Positions 27,913 through 38,668 of a stretch of 64,000 nucleotides of DNA are shown one piece after another; within the stretch, counting starts at the first letter, position 1; each line of letters starts with the position of its first letter. The notes under the pieces were generated by a model. It was not told where the DNA came from. It saw only the letters and a program-made list of their open reading frames with translations, and ran no database searches. This DNA is from Dehalococcoidia bacterium (GTDB taxonomy: Bacteria > Chloroflexota > Dehalococcoidia > Lucifugimonadales > UBA3495), in NCBI GenBank assembly GCA_034422355.1, contig DAOUJS010000146.1:898-64897 (forward strand), in the 5' to 3' direction. Position numbers and translations under genes: made by a program.

Positions 27913-28143
27913 GTGACCCAAGCCGCAGATACCGATGTAACCATTTACACCCACCCCGATTGCGCTTATTCCGCCGCCGCCAAGATGGACTACCGCAAGC
28001 GAGGCGTAGCATACCTGGAAATCGACGTCGCCAAGCAGCCTGACAAGGTGTCCGAGCTTCTGGAGCACTCCAAGGGAGAACGGGTAACGCCGGTCATTGT
28101 CGAGAATGGCGTTGCCACCATCGGGTTCAAGGGCGGGTATTGA
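27913..28143 (+). CDS. glutaredoxin-like protein with CxxS active site
   Basis: VTIYTHPDCAYS...VTPVIVENG..IGF. AAGGGGAG SD 6 nt before the GTG at 27913. Confidence 0.75.
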   Translation: MTQAADTDVTIYTHPDCAYSAAAKMDYRKRGVAYLEIDVAKQPDKVSELLEHSKGERVTPVIVENGVATIGFKGGY

Positions 28144-28373
28144 GACTTCTAATCCGGGCCGGTCGGCCCACAGATTCCTGAGAGCGCCTTTGCCGCCCAT
28201 CCTCTCCCAAGCGGACAAATTTCCGTCTTTACTGACATTTGCTCGTTGTGGGGGCCGAAAACGCTATGCTAGGATTTCCCTAGACCACGACAGCAGGCAC
28301 CCACCAAATTCACCATGACATGGCCAGCCGCCGGGGAAGCGGGGCAGCCTGTCAATGCGAAGGAGCAGTCAGG

Positions 28374-29456
28374 ATGGCAGGGACGGAACGGGACAAAGAG
28401 GCCGCGTTGGAGATCGCCCTTGGGCGCATCGAGAAAGACTATGGCAAGGGCGCAGTTATGCGCCTCGGGGAGATGAGCCAGCAACTGGCTACAGAGGTAA
28501 TCCCCACCGGGTCATTGGCGCTGGACGTTGCGCTGGGAGCAGGCGGGATCCCCAAGGGCCGGGTGACTGAAATCTTCGGCGCGGAATCCGCGGGGAAGTC
28601 AACCCTGGCGATCCACATCATGGCCCAGACTCAGCTACAGGGCGGAACAGCCGCTTATGTGGATGTGGAACACGCCCTCGACCCCTACTACGCCGCGAAT
28701 TGCGGCCTGAACCTGGACAGCCTGCTGATCGCCCAGCCGGACAGCGCGGAGCAGGCCCTGGACATCACCGAGCAACTGGTCCGCAGCGGCGCTATCGACT
28801 CGGTAGTTATCGACAGCGTGGCCGCCCTGGTCCCCCAGTCAGAGATCGAGGGCGACATGGGGGATACCCATGTGGGCGCACAGGCCCGGCTGATGTCGCA
28901 GGCGTTGCGGAAACTCACCTCAGCCATACACCGCTCGCACACCGCCGTGATCTTCATCAATCAACTAAGGGAGAAAATCGGCATCTCCTACGGCAATCCC
29001 GAGGTCACACCCGGCGGCAGGGCCCTGAAGTTCTACAGCTCTGTGCGCATCGACCTGCGCCGCATTGAGTCGATCAAGCAGGGATCGGAGATCATCGGAA
29101 ACCGCGTGCGGGCCAGGATCGTCAAAAACAAGATCGCCGCGCCCTTCCGTGTTGCCGAGTTCGACATTATGTTCAATCAGGGCATAAGCAAGATGGGGGA
29201 TCTCCTTGAACTAGGCACCAGTCAGGGCATCATCAAGAAGTCCGGGTCCTTCTACTCCTATGGCGAGACCCGCCTGGGCCAGGGCAGGGAGAATTCCAAG
29301 GAGTTCCTCACACAGCACCCCGAAATCGCCGCCTCTGTGGAAGCTCGAATCCGTGGCATGGAACCATCACAGGAACCGGCACGGCCGGCTGCCACAGCGG
29401 AGGACGGGGCCGATTACAGGCTTCCCGCCGTTTCTGACGCGGACGGCGAAGAATAA
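28374..29456 (+). CDS. recA: recombinase RecA
   Basis: [42 protein letters not shown] before the ATG at 28374. Confidence 0.98.
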   Translation: MAGTERDKEAALEIALGRIEKDYGKGAVMRLGEMSQQLATEVIPTGSLALDVALGAGGIPKGRVTEIFGAESAGKSTLAIHIMAQTQLQGGTAAYVDVEHALDPYYAANCGLNLDSLLIAQPDSAEQALDITEQLVRSGAIDSVVIDSVAALVPQSEIEGDMGDTHVGAQARLMSQALRKLTSAIHRSHTAVIFINQLREKIGISYGNPEVTPGGRALKFYSSVRIDLRRIESIKQGSEIIGNRVRARIVKNKIAAPFRVAEFDIMFNQGISKMGDLLELGTSQGIIKKSGSFYSYGETRLGQGRENSKEFLTQHPEIAASVEARIRGMEPSQEPARPAATAEDGADYRLPAVSDADGEE

Positions 29457-29499
29457 GCGGAGCCGGTAGCCCCGCCATCATCAGAGACCGGCGGATATC

Positions 29500-30024
29500 G
29501 TGAGACGCGGAAACTGGAACACCGGGGCGACGCTGGACAACTCGGCGGAGCGAGGGCTGGCAGCCGGACTGCGGATGCTGGCCCACCGCGCTCGTACTGA
29601 GGCGGAGGTACGTAACCGGCTCACACAGCGGTTCACCCTGGAGGTCGTGGCCCAGACCATTGCCCAGCTCAAGGAGCGCCGGTTTCTGGATGACGCCGCA
29701 TTCGCCAGGGGCTGGCGTGATAGCCGGGAAAGCCGCCGTCCCCGGGGAGAAGCGTTGTTGCGCCAGGAGCTATTGCAGCGGGGAGTCGCCCTGGATGTGA
29801 TAGAAGAAGCACTTCAGGGCTTCGATGCCGCCTCCAGCGCCTACCGGGCCGGATGCAAGGTGGCACGGCGCATTTCAGCGGCCACTGGGCAGGATTTCCG
29901 CCGCCGGCTGTGGGCGCACCTGCGAAGGAAGGGATTTGAGCAGGATGTGATCCGGGAGACGGTGGAACGCCTGTGGCAAGAGTTACCGGAGCTTCAGCAT
30001 AGCCAGGTAGACTCCCACAGCTAG
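29500..30024 (+). CDS. recX: recombination regulator RecX
   Basis: Directly follows recA. Helical repeat pattern (LAHRARTEAEVRNRL, FLDDAAFARGW). Confidence 0.85.
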   Translation: MRRGNWNTGATLDNSAERGLAAGLRMLAHRARTEAEVRNRLTQRFTLEVVAQTIAQLKERRFLDDAAFARGWRDSRESRRPRGEALLRQELLQRGVALDVIEEALQGFDAASSAYRAGCKVARRISAATGQDFRRRLWAHLRRKGFEQDVIRETVERLWQELPELQHSQVDSHS

Positions 30025-30519
30025 GGCCAGGAGGGTGTAGATGCTGAAAAACGGACCCAGCAACACGGCGATGGCGTAAGAGAGAATCACCGATGCCCCG
30101 GCAGCCCATGAGAGTAGTATGCTGCGTTTCCGGTTAACAGTCCGGCTGACTATCTCCCCGGAAGCGAGGCCGATTACTATTCCCGCCAAAGCCAGCAGCA
30201 GGGCCGGGGCAAACCCATCGAACAGATACCTGACAAGGTAATTGTAGACTCCCCATAGCACCCCACCACCGATTCCCATCATAATCGCGGTTGTCAGACC
30301 ACGGAGGTAGTACAGAGGCCGGACTTCGTAAGTGGGGTTAGCGACAGGTCTGCCGCAGTCCCGGCAGCGGATACCGACAGGCGCCTGCACCATACATTGA
30401 GTGCAAATGGACTTGCCACAATGGCTGCAGGAAAGTCCGGTCTCAATCTCTGGGTGCCAAGCGCAATAATGCACGGTCCCCGGCCCCCGACCTACCTCTT
30501 GTGTCTGGTCAGCGCTCAA
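29983..30519 (-). CDS. B-box-type zinc-finger membrane protein
   Basis: N-terminal CAWHPE...CSHCGKSICTQC...CRDCG, then about 4 TM helices. TTG start with a GGAG SD. Its 3' end overlaps recX convergently by 42 nt. Confidence 0.65.
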   Translation of the reverse strand: MSADQTQEVGRGPGTVHYCAWHPEIETGLSCSHCGKSICTQCMVQAPVGIRCRDCGRPVANPTYEVRPLYYLRGLTTAIMMGIGGGVLWGVYNYLVRYLFDGFAPALLLALAGIVIGLASGEIVSRTVNRKRSILLSWAAGASVILSYAIAVLLGPFFSIYTLLALAVGVYLAMLKLR

Positions 30520-30539
30520 GTTTCATCTCCAGAAATATG

Positions 30540-31220
30540 CTAGTCTGAGGTGCGCGGGGACCTGTGGACCCAATCGGCGTTGTCGTCCACGTCCCGGTCG
30601 AGGAACAGCCGGTTGAACAGGACTTTTTTCCTGTTCAACCCTGGATGCAGCGGCGTCCAGTTGGACAGCAATCGCTTCGCTACGACCAGCGCCAACGCGC
30701 CAACACAATACCAGACTACCACAACCGGGTCTCGGGCAATAACCGTCCACAGGGGAAGCAGCACCAGGGCGATCAGAACCCAAACCCCGGAACTGCGAGT
30801 CAGGAGCCAGCCAATCCCCACCATGACAAGGGATACAGCCAGGACTATGGGGGAAAGGACCGCCAAACTGCCAACTACGACGGCGACGCCGCGTCCACCC
30901 TGGAATTTAAGAAAGACCGACCAGTTGTGCCCGGCCAATGCGAATAGGGGAACGCCTATCATGGGGCCGGATTCCGGGCGCAGGTCAAGGAGGTAAGCGC
31001 CAGCAACCAAAGGCACGGACCCTTTACCCAACACGTCGAATAGGAAAAGCGGAATCCACGGCCACTTTCCCAGATGCCGGAATGCGTTGGATGCTCCGAC
31101 GTTGCCGCTGCCATAGTCCCGGATATCGATGTTCCTGGATACCTTGGCAACGATGTACGCTGTCGGAATGGAGCCTATCAGGTAGGAGCAGATGTAGAGT
31201 CCGGCGATCTCTATCAGCAC
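30540..31220 (-). CDS. plsY: glycerol-3-phosphate acyltransferase PlsY
   Basis: SYLIGSIPTAYIVAK...DIRDYGSGNVGASNAFR, FDVLKG-like motif. GTG start. Confidence 0.9.
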   Translation of the reverse strand: MLIEIAGLYICSYLIGSIPTAYIVAKVSRNIDIRDYGSGNVGASNAFRHLGKWPWIPLFLFDVLGKGSVPLVAGAYLLDLRPESGPMIGVPLFALAGHNWSVFLKFQGGRGVAVVVGSLAVLSPIVLAVSLVMVGIGWLLTRSSGVWVLIALVLLPLWTVIARDPVVVVWYCVGALALVVAKRLLSNWTPLHPGLNRKKVLFNRLFLDRDVDDNADWVHRSPRTSD

Positions 31221-31241
31221 TGTCGGGATGCTCCCCAGCCG

Positions 31242-32078
31242 CTAACGCAGCTTACGTGCCGCATCCTCCAATCGTTCCACTGTTTCCAGCGACGGTCCCA
31301 AGGTTCCTGGCAGCAACTCACCGGCATTGCCCAACCCATGATAGTCGCTGCCCCCACAGGGGATGAGGTCGTATTCCTCCGCCAATTCGGCAAGGTGGTT
31401 AACCGTTTTGGAATCGTACTGGGCATAGTGGACCTCCATGCCCATAAGACCGGCGTCCTTGAGCAACGCAATGGCGGGTTCCATGTCGGCCAGATAAGCA
31501 GGGTGGGCCAACACCGGGACTGCGCCGAAACGAACCAGCAGGTTGACGGCCTGTTCCGGCGACATTTTGGTGCGTTCGACATATGCCAGACCGTTACGGC
31601 CAAGATACTCGGGGAAGGCGTCCTTCGGCTCCTTGCAATAGCCCTTTTCGACCATCGCCAGCGCGATGTGGGGCCGGCCCACTGCCCCATCTCCGGCAAT
31701 CTCCTTGACCCGCTTCCAATCTATGTGGATGCCCAGGGTGGCCAGCTTGTCCACCATCGCCTTACCGCGCTCCAGGCGTCCGTCCCGGAAGCGTCCAAGC
31801 AGGGACTGTAGCTCCGGGTCCTCATGGTTGAGGAAGTAACCCAGCATGTGGACTTCGTCGCCGGGTATATCGGTGCTGATCTCGATGGCCGGGATTATCC
31901 TCAAGTCGGGGAACTCCCTGGCAGCCTCGAATGCTTCGGCAAGACCTTCAGTAGTATCATGGTCCGAAATCGCCACCTGCTTCAACCCCTGGCTGGCAAC
32001 CAAATGCACCAACTCAGTGGGAGACAGCCGTCCATCCGAGGCCGTGGTATGCAGGTGCAGGTCAACTAAAGTGTCCAT
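31242..32078 (-). CDS. PHP-domain phosphoesterase
   Basis: VDLHLHTTASDG...AISDHDT... Confidence 0.85.
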   Translation of the reverse strand: MDTLVDLHLHTTASDGRLSPTELVHLVASQGLKQVAISDHDTTEGLAEAFEAAREFPDLRIIPAIEISTDIPGDEVHMLGYFLNHEDPELQSLLGRFRDGRLERGKAMVDKLATLGIHIDWKRVKEIAGDGAVGRPHIALAMVEKGYCKEPKDAFPEYLGRNGLAYVERTKMSPEQAVNLLVRFGAVPVLAHPAYLADMEPAIALLKDAGLMGMEVHYAQYDSKTVNHLAELAEEYDLIPCGGSDYHGLGNAGELLPGTLGPSLETVERLEDAARKLR

Positions 32079-32079
32079 T

Positions 32080-32847
32080 CTATTTCACCATCCTGTCCAT
32101 CCTGTCAATTGACAGGGCCTTGCCGGACTCCGAGTCAATTTCGACCAGCACCGAGTTCATGACCACCGGCCCACTGGCGACGGTTAGCCGGTTGGGCAGA
32201 CCGGTCAGAAACCGGTCCAGCACCGCGCTTGAATCACTGCCAATTACGGAGTCTACGGGACCCGTCATGCCCACGTCGGTAACATAGGCTGTCCCCGCCG
32301 GGAGGACTCGCGTGTCCACGGTCCCCACGTGAGTGTGAGTGCCCACGACGGCGCTGACTCGGCCGTCTAGATACCATCCCATCGCCTGTTTCTCCGACGT
32401 TGCCTCGGCGTGGAAATCGACCAACACAACCCTGGGACCGTCCTCGGGGACCTCATTCAGTATGCTGGCGGCAGTGCGGAAAGGGCAGTCCAACGGAGCC
32501 ATGAACACGCGGCCGATAAGGTTCATCACCATGACACCGTCGTGGACTATATAACCGCGCCCCGGAGCGTCGGGGTAGTTGGCGGGACGTACCAGGGGCA
32601 GGCCCTCGTCCATGTGCGGGACTATCTCCTTCTGGTCCCAGATATGGTTCCCGGAAGTGAGGACGTCCACTCCGTTCTCCAGGAGCTCGTAAGCCGTCTC
32701 CAGGGTCAGTCCGAACCCGCCGGCAGTATTTTCCGCATTGGCTATTACCAAGTCGATACCATGCTCCTCACGCATTTCTGGAACAAGGCTCCGGATGGCC
32801 CGTCTGCCGGGGCGTCCGATAATATCGCCAATCATGAGTATACGCAA
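32080..32847 (-). CDS. ymdB: YmdB-type (TIGR00282) metallophosphoesterase
   Basis: The TTG at 32847 gives MRILMIGDIIGRPGRR, matching the canonical YmdB N-terminus. Lies immediately downstream of rny. Confidence 0.85.
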   Translation of the reverse strand: MRILMIGDIIGRPGRRAIRSLVPEMREEHGIDLVIANAENTAGGFGLTLETAYELLENGVDVLTSGNHIWDQKEIVPHMDEGLPLVRPANYPDAPGRGYIVHDGVMVMNLIGRVFMAPLDCPFRTAASILNEVPEDGPRVVLVDFHAEATSEKQAMGWYLDGRVSAVVGTHTHVGTVDTRVLPAGTAYVTDVGMTGPVDSVIGSDSSAVLDRFLTGLPNRLTVASGPVVMNSVLVEIDSESGKALSIDRMDRMVK

Positions 32848-33005
32848 TCGAAGACTCTCCCAGAGGTTTGAACCCCTGTACAACCGAAGGGGGCCGGGAT
32901 TGGCCCCGTGCCCCCTTCGTGCGTTCAGTGCTTAGCCCGCACAGCACGAGCCTCTTGTTCGTACCGGCGGGAGACCGAACCGGCGGGCGTTTTTGCAACC
33001 CTCCG

Positions 33006-34532
33006 CTATCTGGCGTACTCTACGCTCCGTGTTTCCCGGATCACAGTTACCTTGATCTGTCCCGGGAATACCAGGTCTTCCTCGACCTTGCGGGCGATGT
33101 CCCTAGCCAACTCTGCGGAGTGCGCATCATCCATATCGTCCGGCTTGACCATGACCCTCACTTCCCGTCCGGCCTGGATGGCGAATGCTCTCTCCACACC
33201 GTCGAATCCGGTAGCCGCTTCCTCAAGATCGCGGAGCCGTTTAACGTACATTTCCAGGGACTCCTTCCGCGCCCCCGGACGCGATGCACTGATGGCGTCG
33301 GCGGTGGCGATTAGGAAGGACTCGATGGTCTCATGCTCGTCGCTATGATGCTCAAGAATGCCCCGGTAGGAACTGTAGTTAATACCGTGCTTCTGGGCGA
33401 TTTCCGCGCCAATCTCCGCGTGGGGGCCAGGCACCTCATGGGTCAGGGCCTTGCCAATGTCGTGCAACAGCCCCCCCACCTTGGCCACCTGCTCATTGGC
33501 GCCCACCTCGGCGGCGAGCATCCCCGCGAGCAGTCCCACCTCGATGGAGTGCTTCAGGACGTTCTCGCCATAGCTGTATCGGTATTTGAGCTGCCCCAGC
33601 AGCCTGAGGATCTCAGGGTCGAGGCCACTCACTCCCACATCGAAGGTTGCCTGCTCTCCGGCCTTACGGATGGTTTCCTCGATGTCCTTCTGGGACCGGT
33701 GCACAACATCCTCAATGCGCGCGGGCTGAATGCGACCGTCGGAGATGAGGCTTTCCAATGACAGTCGGGCTACCTCCCGCCTCACAGGGTCAAAGCAGGA
33801 AATGGTAACGACTTCTGGGGTGTCGTCGATGATTACGTCCACCCCGGTAAGGGATTCCAAGGTCCTGATATTTCGCCCTTCGCGGCCGATGAGACGACCC
33901 TTCATCTCATCATTGGGCAGGGATACTACAGAGGTTGTGGACTCGGACACAACGTCCGTGGCCAGTCGGTTAATGGCAAGGGTAACGATACGGCGGGCGT
34001 TTTCGTCTGCGCTCGCCTTGTGCTCTTTTTCGAGTTCGTAGTAGCGGCGGGTCAAGTCCTGGCGAGCTTGCTCTTCGCCTCTCTTGACCACCAGCTCACG
34101 GGCCTCAGCAACGTTGAGGCCGGCTATATCCTCGAGAGCCTTTACTTGCTCGACCTTGAGCTTCTCGGCCTCTTCGAGGGCCTCCTGCACCTCGGACTCC
34201 CTGGCCTTGACGCTCAATTGCTGCTTCTCAACGGCCTCAGCCTTTTTCTCCAACTGCTCTTCGCGCTGCATGTGGCGGCGTTCCATGCGGTTAACCTCTT
34301 GCCGCCGCTGCTTGACCTCATTTTCTCCGGCAGTACGCAGTTGCAGGACCTCTTCCTGGGCCGAGAGTATGAGTTTCCGGTGCTCCTCCTCCGCCTGTCC
34401 TCGAATTCGCTCGGCGTCCTCTTTGGCGTTGCCTACCCGTTGCCCATTAACCCTGTTTCTGTAGAACAGCCAACCGGCTGTCCCGAACCCCGCTACCGCT
34501 AGGACGGCCAGGATAATGTCTATAGCTATCAC
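33006..34532 (-). CDS. rny: ribonuclease Y
   Basis: N-terminal TM helix, coiled coil, KH domain ([12 protein letters not shown]) and HD domain (LLHDIGKA). Confidence 0.95.
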   Translation of the reverse strand: MIAIDIILAVLAVAGFGTAGWLFYRNRVNGQRVGNAKEDAERIRGQAEEEHRKLILSAQEEVLQLRTAGENEVKQRRQEVNRMERRHMQREEQLEKKAEAVEKQQLSVKARESEVQEALEEAEKLKVEQVKALEDIAGLNVAEARELVVKRGEEQARQDLTRRYYELEKEHKASADENARRIVTLAINRLATDVVSESTTSVVSLPNDEMKGRLIGREGRNIRTLESLTGVDVIIDDTPEVVTISCFDPVRREVARLSLESLISDGRIQPARIEDVVHRSQKDIEETIRKAGEQATFDVGVSGLDPEILRLLGQLKYRYSYGENVLKHSIEVGLLAGMLAAEVGANEQVAKVGGLLHDIGKALTHEVPGPHAEIGAEIAQKHGINYSSYRGILEHHSDEHETIESFLIATADAISASRPGARKESLEMYVKRLRDLEEAATGFDGVERAFAIQAGREVRVMVKPDDMDDAHSAELARDIARKVEEDLVFPGQIKVTVIRETRSVEYAR

Positions 34533-34691
34533 GCTATCACCTACCCCTTTCCGCCTAGTACGCAGAGTTGGGAGACCCAGCCTCCCACAGGTTCATGCTA
34601 CCGACAAGCGTATCCGGTGTCAAGGAGACCCAATGCCCGGCTCCGGGTCTTTCATGGCCTCCAACGCCTGAATCGAGCGCCTCCAGAGCTA

Positions 34692-34720
34692 TTGAGGCGG
34701 TTGCCCCGCTGCCCTATAAT
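34692..34720 (+). promoter_or_regulatory. promoter TTGAGG-17-TATAAT upstream of dnaJ
   Basis: TTGAGG at 34692-34697 and TATAAT at 34715-34720. Confidence 0.55.
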
Positions 34721-34790
34721 TGGATTAAGAATAGCCAAATTTTTGGGCTTGGCCGCAGACCTCAAAGCGTATCCCAGCAGGTGGCTTTTA

Positions 34791-35960
34791 ATGGCGAAAC
34801 GAGACTATTACGAGGTCCTGGACGTCTCCCGGACCGACAGCGAGGAAGAAATCCGGAGGGCCTTCCGCAAGAAGGCGATGGAGTTTCATCCCGACAGGAA
34901 CAAGAACCCCGACGCAGAGGAAAAGTTCAAGGAGGTCAACGAGGCATATCAAGTCCTGTCAGACCAGAAGAAGCGGAGCCAGTACGACCGGTTCGGACAT
35001 TCGGCTGGAGCTAATGGAGGTTTCGACCGGCCATTCGACGGGTTCGACACCTTCGGCTTCGGCGGGTTCGGGGACATTTTCGACTCATTTTTCGGAGACG
35101 TTTCAGGCCGCGCCGCCCGGCGGCCGCAACGGGGCGGAGACCTGCAACACCGGGTGGTGCTGAGCTTTGAGGAATCGGTATTCGGCGCTGAGAGGGAGAT
35201 AGAGACAAACCGTCTGGAACGGTGTCAGACGTGCTCCGGGGCCGGGAATGAGCCGGGCACCCCGGTGGACGAATGCTCAACCTGCCGGGGAGCGGGCCAA
35301 GTCCGCCGGGTCCAAAGAAGCGTCTTTGGCCAATTCTCCCAAATCGCTCCGTGTACCACGTGCCGCGGCTCGGGTACCGTTATCCAGACATACTGCTCGA
35401 CCTGCAAGGGGTCCGGAAGCGAGCGCCGGAAGCGTACCAGGGCAGTCTCAATTCCAGCGGGAATTGAATCCGGAATGCAGGTAAGAATCACCGGCGAGGG
35501 AGATATAGGGCAGGATGGCGGTCCCGCCGGAAATCTCTATGTCTACGTCGATGTCAAAGAGCACGAACATTTCTACCGCGAGGGAAATGATCTGGTATAC
35601 GTTCTACCGGTGAACCTTGCCGAGGCTTCGCTGGGGACGAAGAAGAGAGTGCCCACGCTGGATGGCGCAGACCAGATTCTCACCGTGCCACAGGGTACGG
35701 CAAGCGGCGCACAGTTCCGCCTCAGGGGAAAGGGAGTGCCGGACGTGCGCAGCAACCGCCGGGGCGACCTCCGTGTGATGATCGACCTCCAGGTGCCCAC
35801 CAAGGTGACCGCCAAGCAGCGGAAGCTCCTGGAAGAATTGGCCAGGTCTTTCGGGACGGCAGAATATATCGACGATGACCCCAGCGTTGATGGGCCGGGC
35901 GAGGATGAAAACGACAAGGACAAGGGCCTGTTCGAGCGGATAAAGGGGGCTTTCGGCTAA
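34791..35960 (+). CDS. dnaJ: molecular chaperone DnaJ
   Basis: [14 protein letters not shown]...HPDRN J-domain, G/F region, four CxxCxGxG zinc motifs. Confidence 0.95.
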   Translation: MAKRDYYEVLDVSRTDSEEEIRRAFRKKAMEFHPDRNKNPDAEEKFKEVNEAYQVLSDQKKRSQYDRFGHSAGANGGFDRPFDGFDTFGFGGFGDIFDSFFGDVSGRAARRPQRGGDLQHRVVLSFEESVFGAEREIETNRLERCQTCSGAGNEPGTPVDECSTCRGAGQVRRVQRSVFGQFSQIAPCTTCRGSGTVIQTYCSTCKGSGSERRKRTRAVSIPAGIESGMQVRITGEGDIGQDGGPAGNLYVYVDVKEHEHFYREGNDLVYVLPVNLAEASLGTKKRVPTLDGADQILTVPQGTASGAQFRLRGKGVPDVRSNRRGDLRVMIDLQVPTKVTAKQRKLLEELARSFGTAEYIDDDPSVDGPGEDENDKDKGLFERIKGAFG

Positions 35961-36072
35961 CCATCGCTTACGCCATCCGCCGCAGGATATGTGTTGCCCA
36001 GCGTATGTGCGGCCCGGACTTTTCCTTCTGACCCAACATCACCACTCCTCATGTCCCTTGCCGGAGAAAAGC

Positions 36073-37029
36073 ATGGTCTGGCAAGAACTCAGCATAAGAG
36101 TCCCCTACGAGTACGTTGAGCCTGTGTCCTACCTGTTCAGCCGGTATGGACACGGACTTTCCATGGAAAAGGCCGGGGAAAAGGCCGGGGAGAAAGACGC
36201 TGCGGACGCACCGGATTCCGGTGGGGAAACCGTAGCCTGGGGCAACCCTGACGTGGACGGGGAATGGGACAGGATAGAGCGCGTCACGTTGCGCACGTAC
36301 CTGCAACACACGTCCCGGCAGCGGCTGGCCCGCATTGAGGTAGGACTGAAGCTGGTGGGGTTGCTGGAACCGCTGGAAGAACTGACCATCACTCCGGTCC
36401 CGGACATGGAGGACTGGCAGACTCAATGGCGCAGCCACTTCGATCTGCTCCGGGTAGGCAGCCGCCTGGTGATCAAACCGACCTGGATTCCCTACGAGCC
36501 AACCGGCGATGACGTTGTTATCGAGCTGGACCCGGGGATGGCGTTCGGAACAGGCTACCACCCCACCACCTATACCTGCCTGGAAGCCCTGGAAGACCTG
36601 GCGCAGCCCGGTATGAGGGTGCTGGACCTGGGGACAGGATCCGGGATCCTATCAATCGCGGCAGTGCGCCTGGGGGCCTCGGAGATCGTGGCGCTGGACA
36701 TTGACCCGCAGGCAGTGCGCGCGGCACGCCAGAACTTCCGCCGTACCAGGGTGCAAAGGCAGGTCAGCCTGACTCAGGGAACAGTCCCTCATCCACTGGC
36801 CGGGGAAGGCCGGTTTGACCTGGTAGCAGCCAACATTTCGGCGCGGGCGGTAGCGGACCGGGCGCCTTTCATTGCACCCACCCTGAAGCCGGGCGGCACC
36901 CTGATAGCATCCGGAATCATGCTTGAACAACAGGCGGGGGTCGAGGAAGCTCTGACCGGTCTGGGTCTCCGCCTGGAAAAGACCTGGACCAGGGACGATT
37001 GGATTACCCTCGGATACCGTACTCCCTAG
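36073..37029 (+). CDS. prmA: ribosomal protein L11 methyltransferase
   Basis: Follows dnaJ. FGTGYHPTT, VLDLGTGSGILSIAA. Confidence 0.9.
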   Translation: MVWQELSIRVPYEYVEPVSYLFSRYGHGLSMEKAGEKAGEKDAADAPDSGGETVAWGNPDVDGEWDRIERVTLRTYLQHTSRQRLARIEVGLKLVGLLEPLEELTITPVPDMEDWQTQWRSHFDLLRVGSRLVIKPTWIPYEPTGDDVVIELDPGMAFGTGYHPTTYTCLEALEDLAQPGMRVLDLGTGSGILSIAAVRLGASEIVALDIDPQAVRAARQNFRRTRVQRQVSLTQGTVPHPLAGEGRFDLVAANISARAVADRAPFIAPTLKPGGTLIASGIMLEQQAGVEEALTGLGLRLEKTWTRDDWITLGYRTP

Positions 37030-37079
37030 TCGGTTAGCTGGGACAGCAAGACACGTCCGTCAACAGGAAGCAGCGGCGC

Positions 37080-38015
37080 TCAACCCGTATCGCTCTGATG
37101 GCCGCTACCCTGACGGAATTGGGGAACGACGTCGCTGGCGATGCGCTGCATCACCGCGGTGATCGCGGGCACGTCGCCGGAGTTCAGGGCCAAGACCACG
37201 TGGTCCAGACCGGCGTCCTGGTAGGCTTGAATCACTGCGGTCATCCCTTCCGGGTCATCTCCAGACAGGCGGGAGCGGCTTGCGGCACGGTCGCTGGAGG
37301 GAACACCGTGCACCTCCACCTCAACCCGGAGTGACATCACCATCGAGTCCGGGTCTCGTCCGGCAGTCTCAGCCATGTTGCGGATTTCCTGCCTGCCGAT
37401 GCTGAACTCCTCCAGGGAGAGACCCGAGGGGTGCCAGCCGTCACCTCGGGTCGCCGCCCTGCGTAGGGCGCCTGGGCTTGCGCCGCCTATCCAGAGGGGA
37501 ATGTGGGGTTTCTGCAACGGCTTGGGAGAGAAACGAAGGTCGGAAAAATTCCAGCGTCGGCTGTGGTAACTGGGATTAGGGTTCGTCCAGAGCTCCTTCA
37601 TTATGTCAATGGACTCGTTGGTCAAGGAAGCGCGCTGGGTCATGGGGATTCCGAGCGCCTCGAACTCCTCGGTCATCGCTCCGACGCCGACGCCCAGGGT
37701 CACACGGCCCCCGGAAATCTGGTCCAGGCTGGCGGCATACTTGGCCAGCTCCACAGGGTTGTGGTAAGGGAGGACGAGGACCGAGGTGCCCAGGAGCACA
37801 CGGCGAGTTGTGGCCGCCAAGTAGGACAGCGTGGACAGCGGGTGGTAGTAAGGCTTATCCTCCAAGCGTTCCCGGATGTAGCCGGTGTTGAACAGGTGGT
37901 CCATCACCCACAGGGAGTCGTACCCCAATTCTTCGGCCAGAGGACCCAGGTCGAGCACCTGTTGAGGGTCGGCCACTCCCCAGTTGTTGGGTATGGTGAC
38001 ACCGAATTTCATCAC
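37080..38015 (-). CDS. LLM-class (F420/FMN-dependent) oxidoreductase
   Basis: MKFGV..., SLWVMDH, VLVLPYHNPV, GRVTLGVGVG. Confidence 0.9.
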   Translation of the reverse strand: MMKFGVTIPNNWGVADPQQVLDLGPLAEELGYDSLWVMDHLFNTGYIRERLEDKPYYHPLSTLSYLAATTRRVLLGTSVLVLPYHNPVELAKYAASLDQISGGRVTLGVGVGAMTEEFEALGIPMTQRASLTNESIDIMKELWTNPNPSYHSRRWNFSDLRFSPKPLQKPHIPLWIGGASPGALRRAATRGDGWHPSGLSLEEFSIGRQEIRNMAETAGRDPDSMVMSLRVEVEVHGVPSSDRAASRSRLSGDDPEGMTAVIQAYQDAGLDHVVLALNSGDVPAITAVMQRIASDVVPQFRQGSGHQSDTG

Positions 38016-38117
38016 TGCCTCCCTGGTTCGAGGGTTGAGGACGGTCCGGGGTATCTTACCCTATGCGGCCAAGCGTTCGTGGCGCCTGCGGATTCTGCGC
38101 AAGCCCTGCTTTCCGGG

Positions 38118-38591
38118 CTATGCGGTCTTGATAGCCTGCACCAGGCGGGCAGTCTCGATGGCTGCGACCGCGGCATTGCTGCCCAGATTCCCGGACTTAC
38201 CGCCGGCACGGTTGATGGCCTGGTCCATGTTCTCGGTGGTGAGAACTCCGAAGATGGTTGGCACCCCGGTCTCAACGCCCACGCGCCCGATGCCGCTGGA
38301 AGCCTGGCCCGCAACCATGTCGTAATGGCTGGTCTCTCCGCGAATCACCGCGCCAAGGCATATCACCGAGTCGTACTGTCCCGATTCGGCGAAGGTCTTG
38401 GCCACCACAGGCAACTCAAAGGAACCGGGCACCCAAGCTACACTGATGTTGGAGTCGGCGACCCCGTAGCGTTCCAGAGTATCCAGCGCGCCCGAAAGGA
38501 GTTGGCGAGTAACCACTTCGTTGAATCGGGCGACCACAACCGCTACTCTGAGTCCGCGGCCGTCGAGTTCTCCCTTAAGCTCGTTGGGCAA
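38118..38591 (-). CDS. ribH: 6,7-dimethyl-8-ribityllumazine synthase
   Basis: VAVVVARFN..., [20 protein letters not shown]. Confidence 0.95.
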   Translation of the reverse strand: MPNELKGELDGRGLRVAVVVARFNEVVTRQLLSGALDTLERYGVADSNISVAWVPGSFELPVVAKTFAESGQYDSVICLGAVIRGETSHYDMVAGQASSGIGRVGVETGVPTIFGVLTTENMDQAINRAGGKSGNLGSNAAVAAIETARLVQAIKTA

Positions 38592-38668
38592 GATGGAATC
38601 TCCTGTCTAATTTTGAGTGGGTGCGGTTATAGCAGAAGGGACAGTGAACGCAGGGACATCGGTCTCCG

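Noticed and set aside
28144-28373. LexA/SOS box upstream of recA.
   Set aside because: No GAAC-N4-GTTC or CGAAC...GTTCG type palindrome was found in the 230-nt upstream region.
34692-34790. A second HAIR-like operator at the dnaJ promoter (ATTGAGG overlapping the -35).
   Set aside because: Only one half-site-like sequence is present. There is no matching inverted half 7 nt downstream.
36640-36665. GGGATCCTATCAATCGCGGC inside prmA resembles the start of the repeat.
   Set aside because: It encodes the universal SAM-binding GTGSGILSIAA motif of PrmA. The similarity ends after about 11 nt and no 3' module follows, so it is a coincidence.
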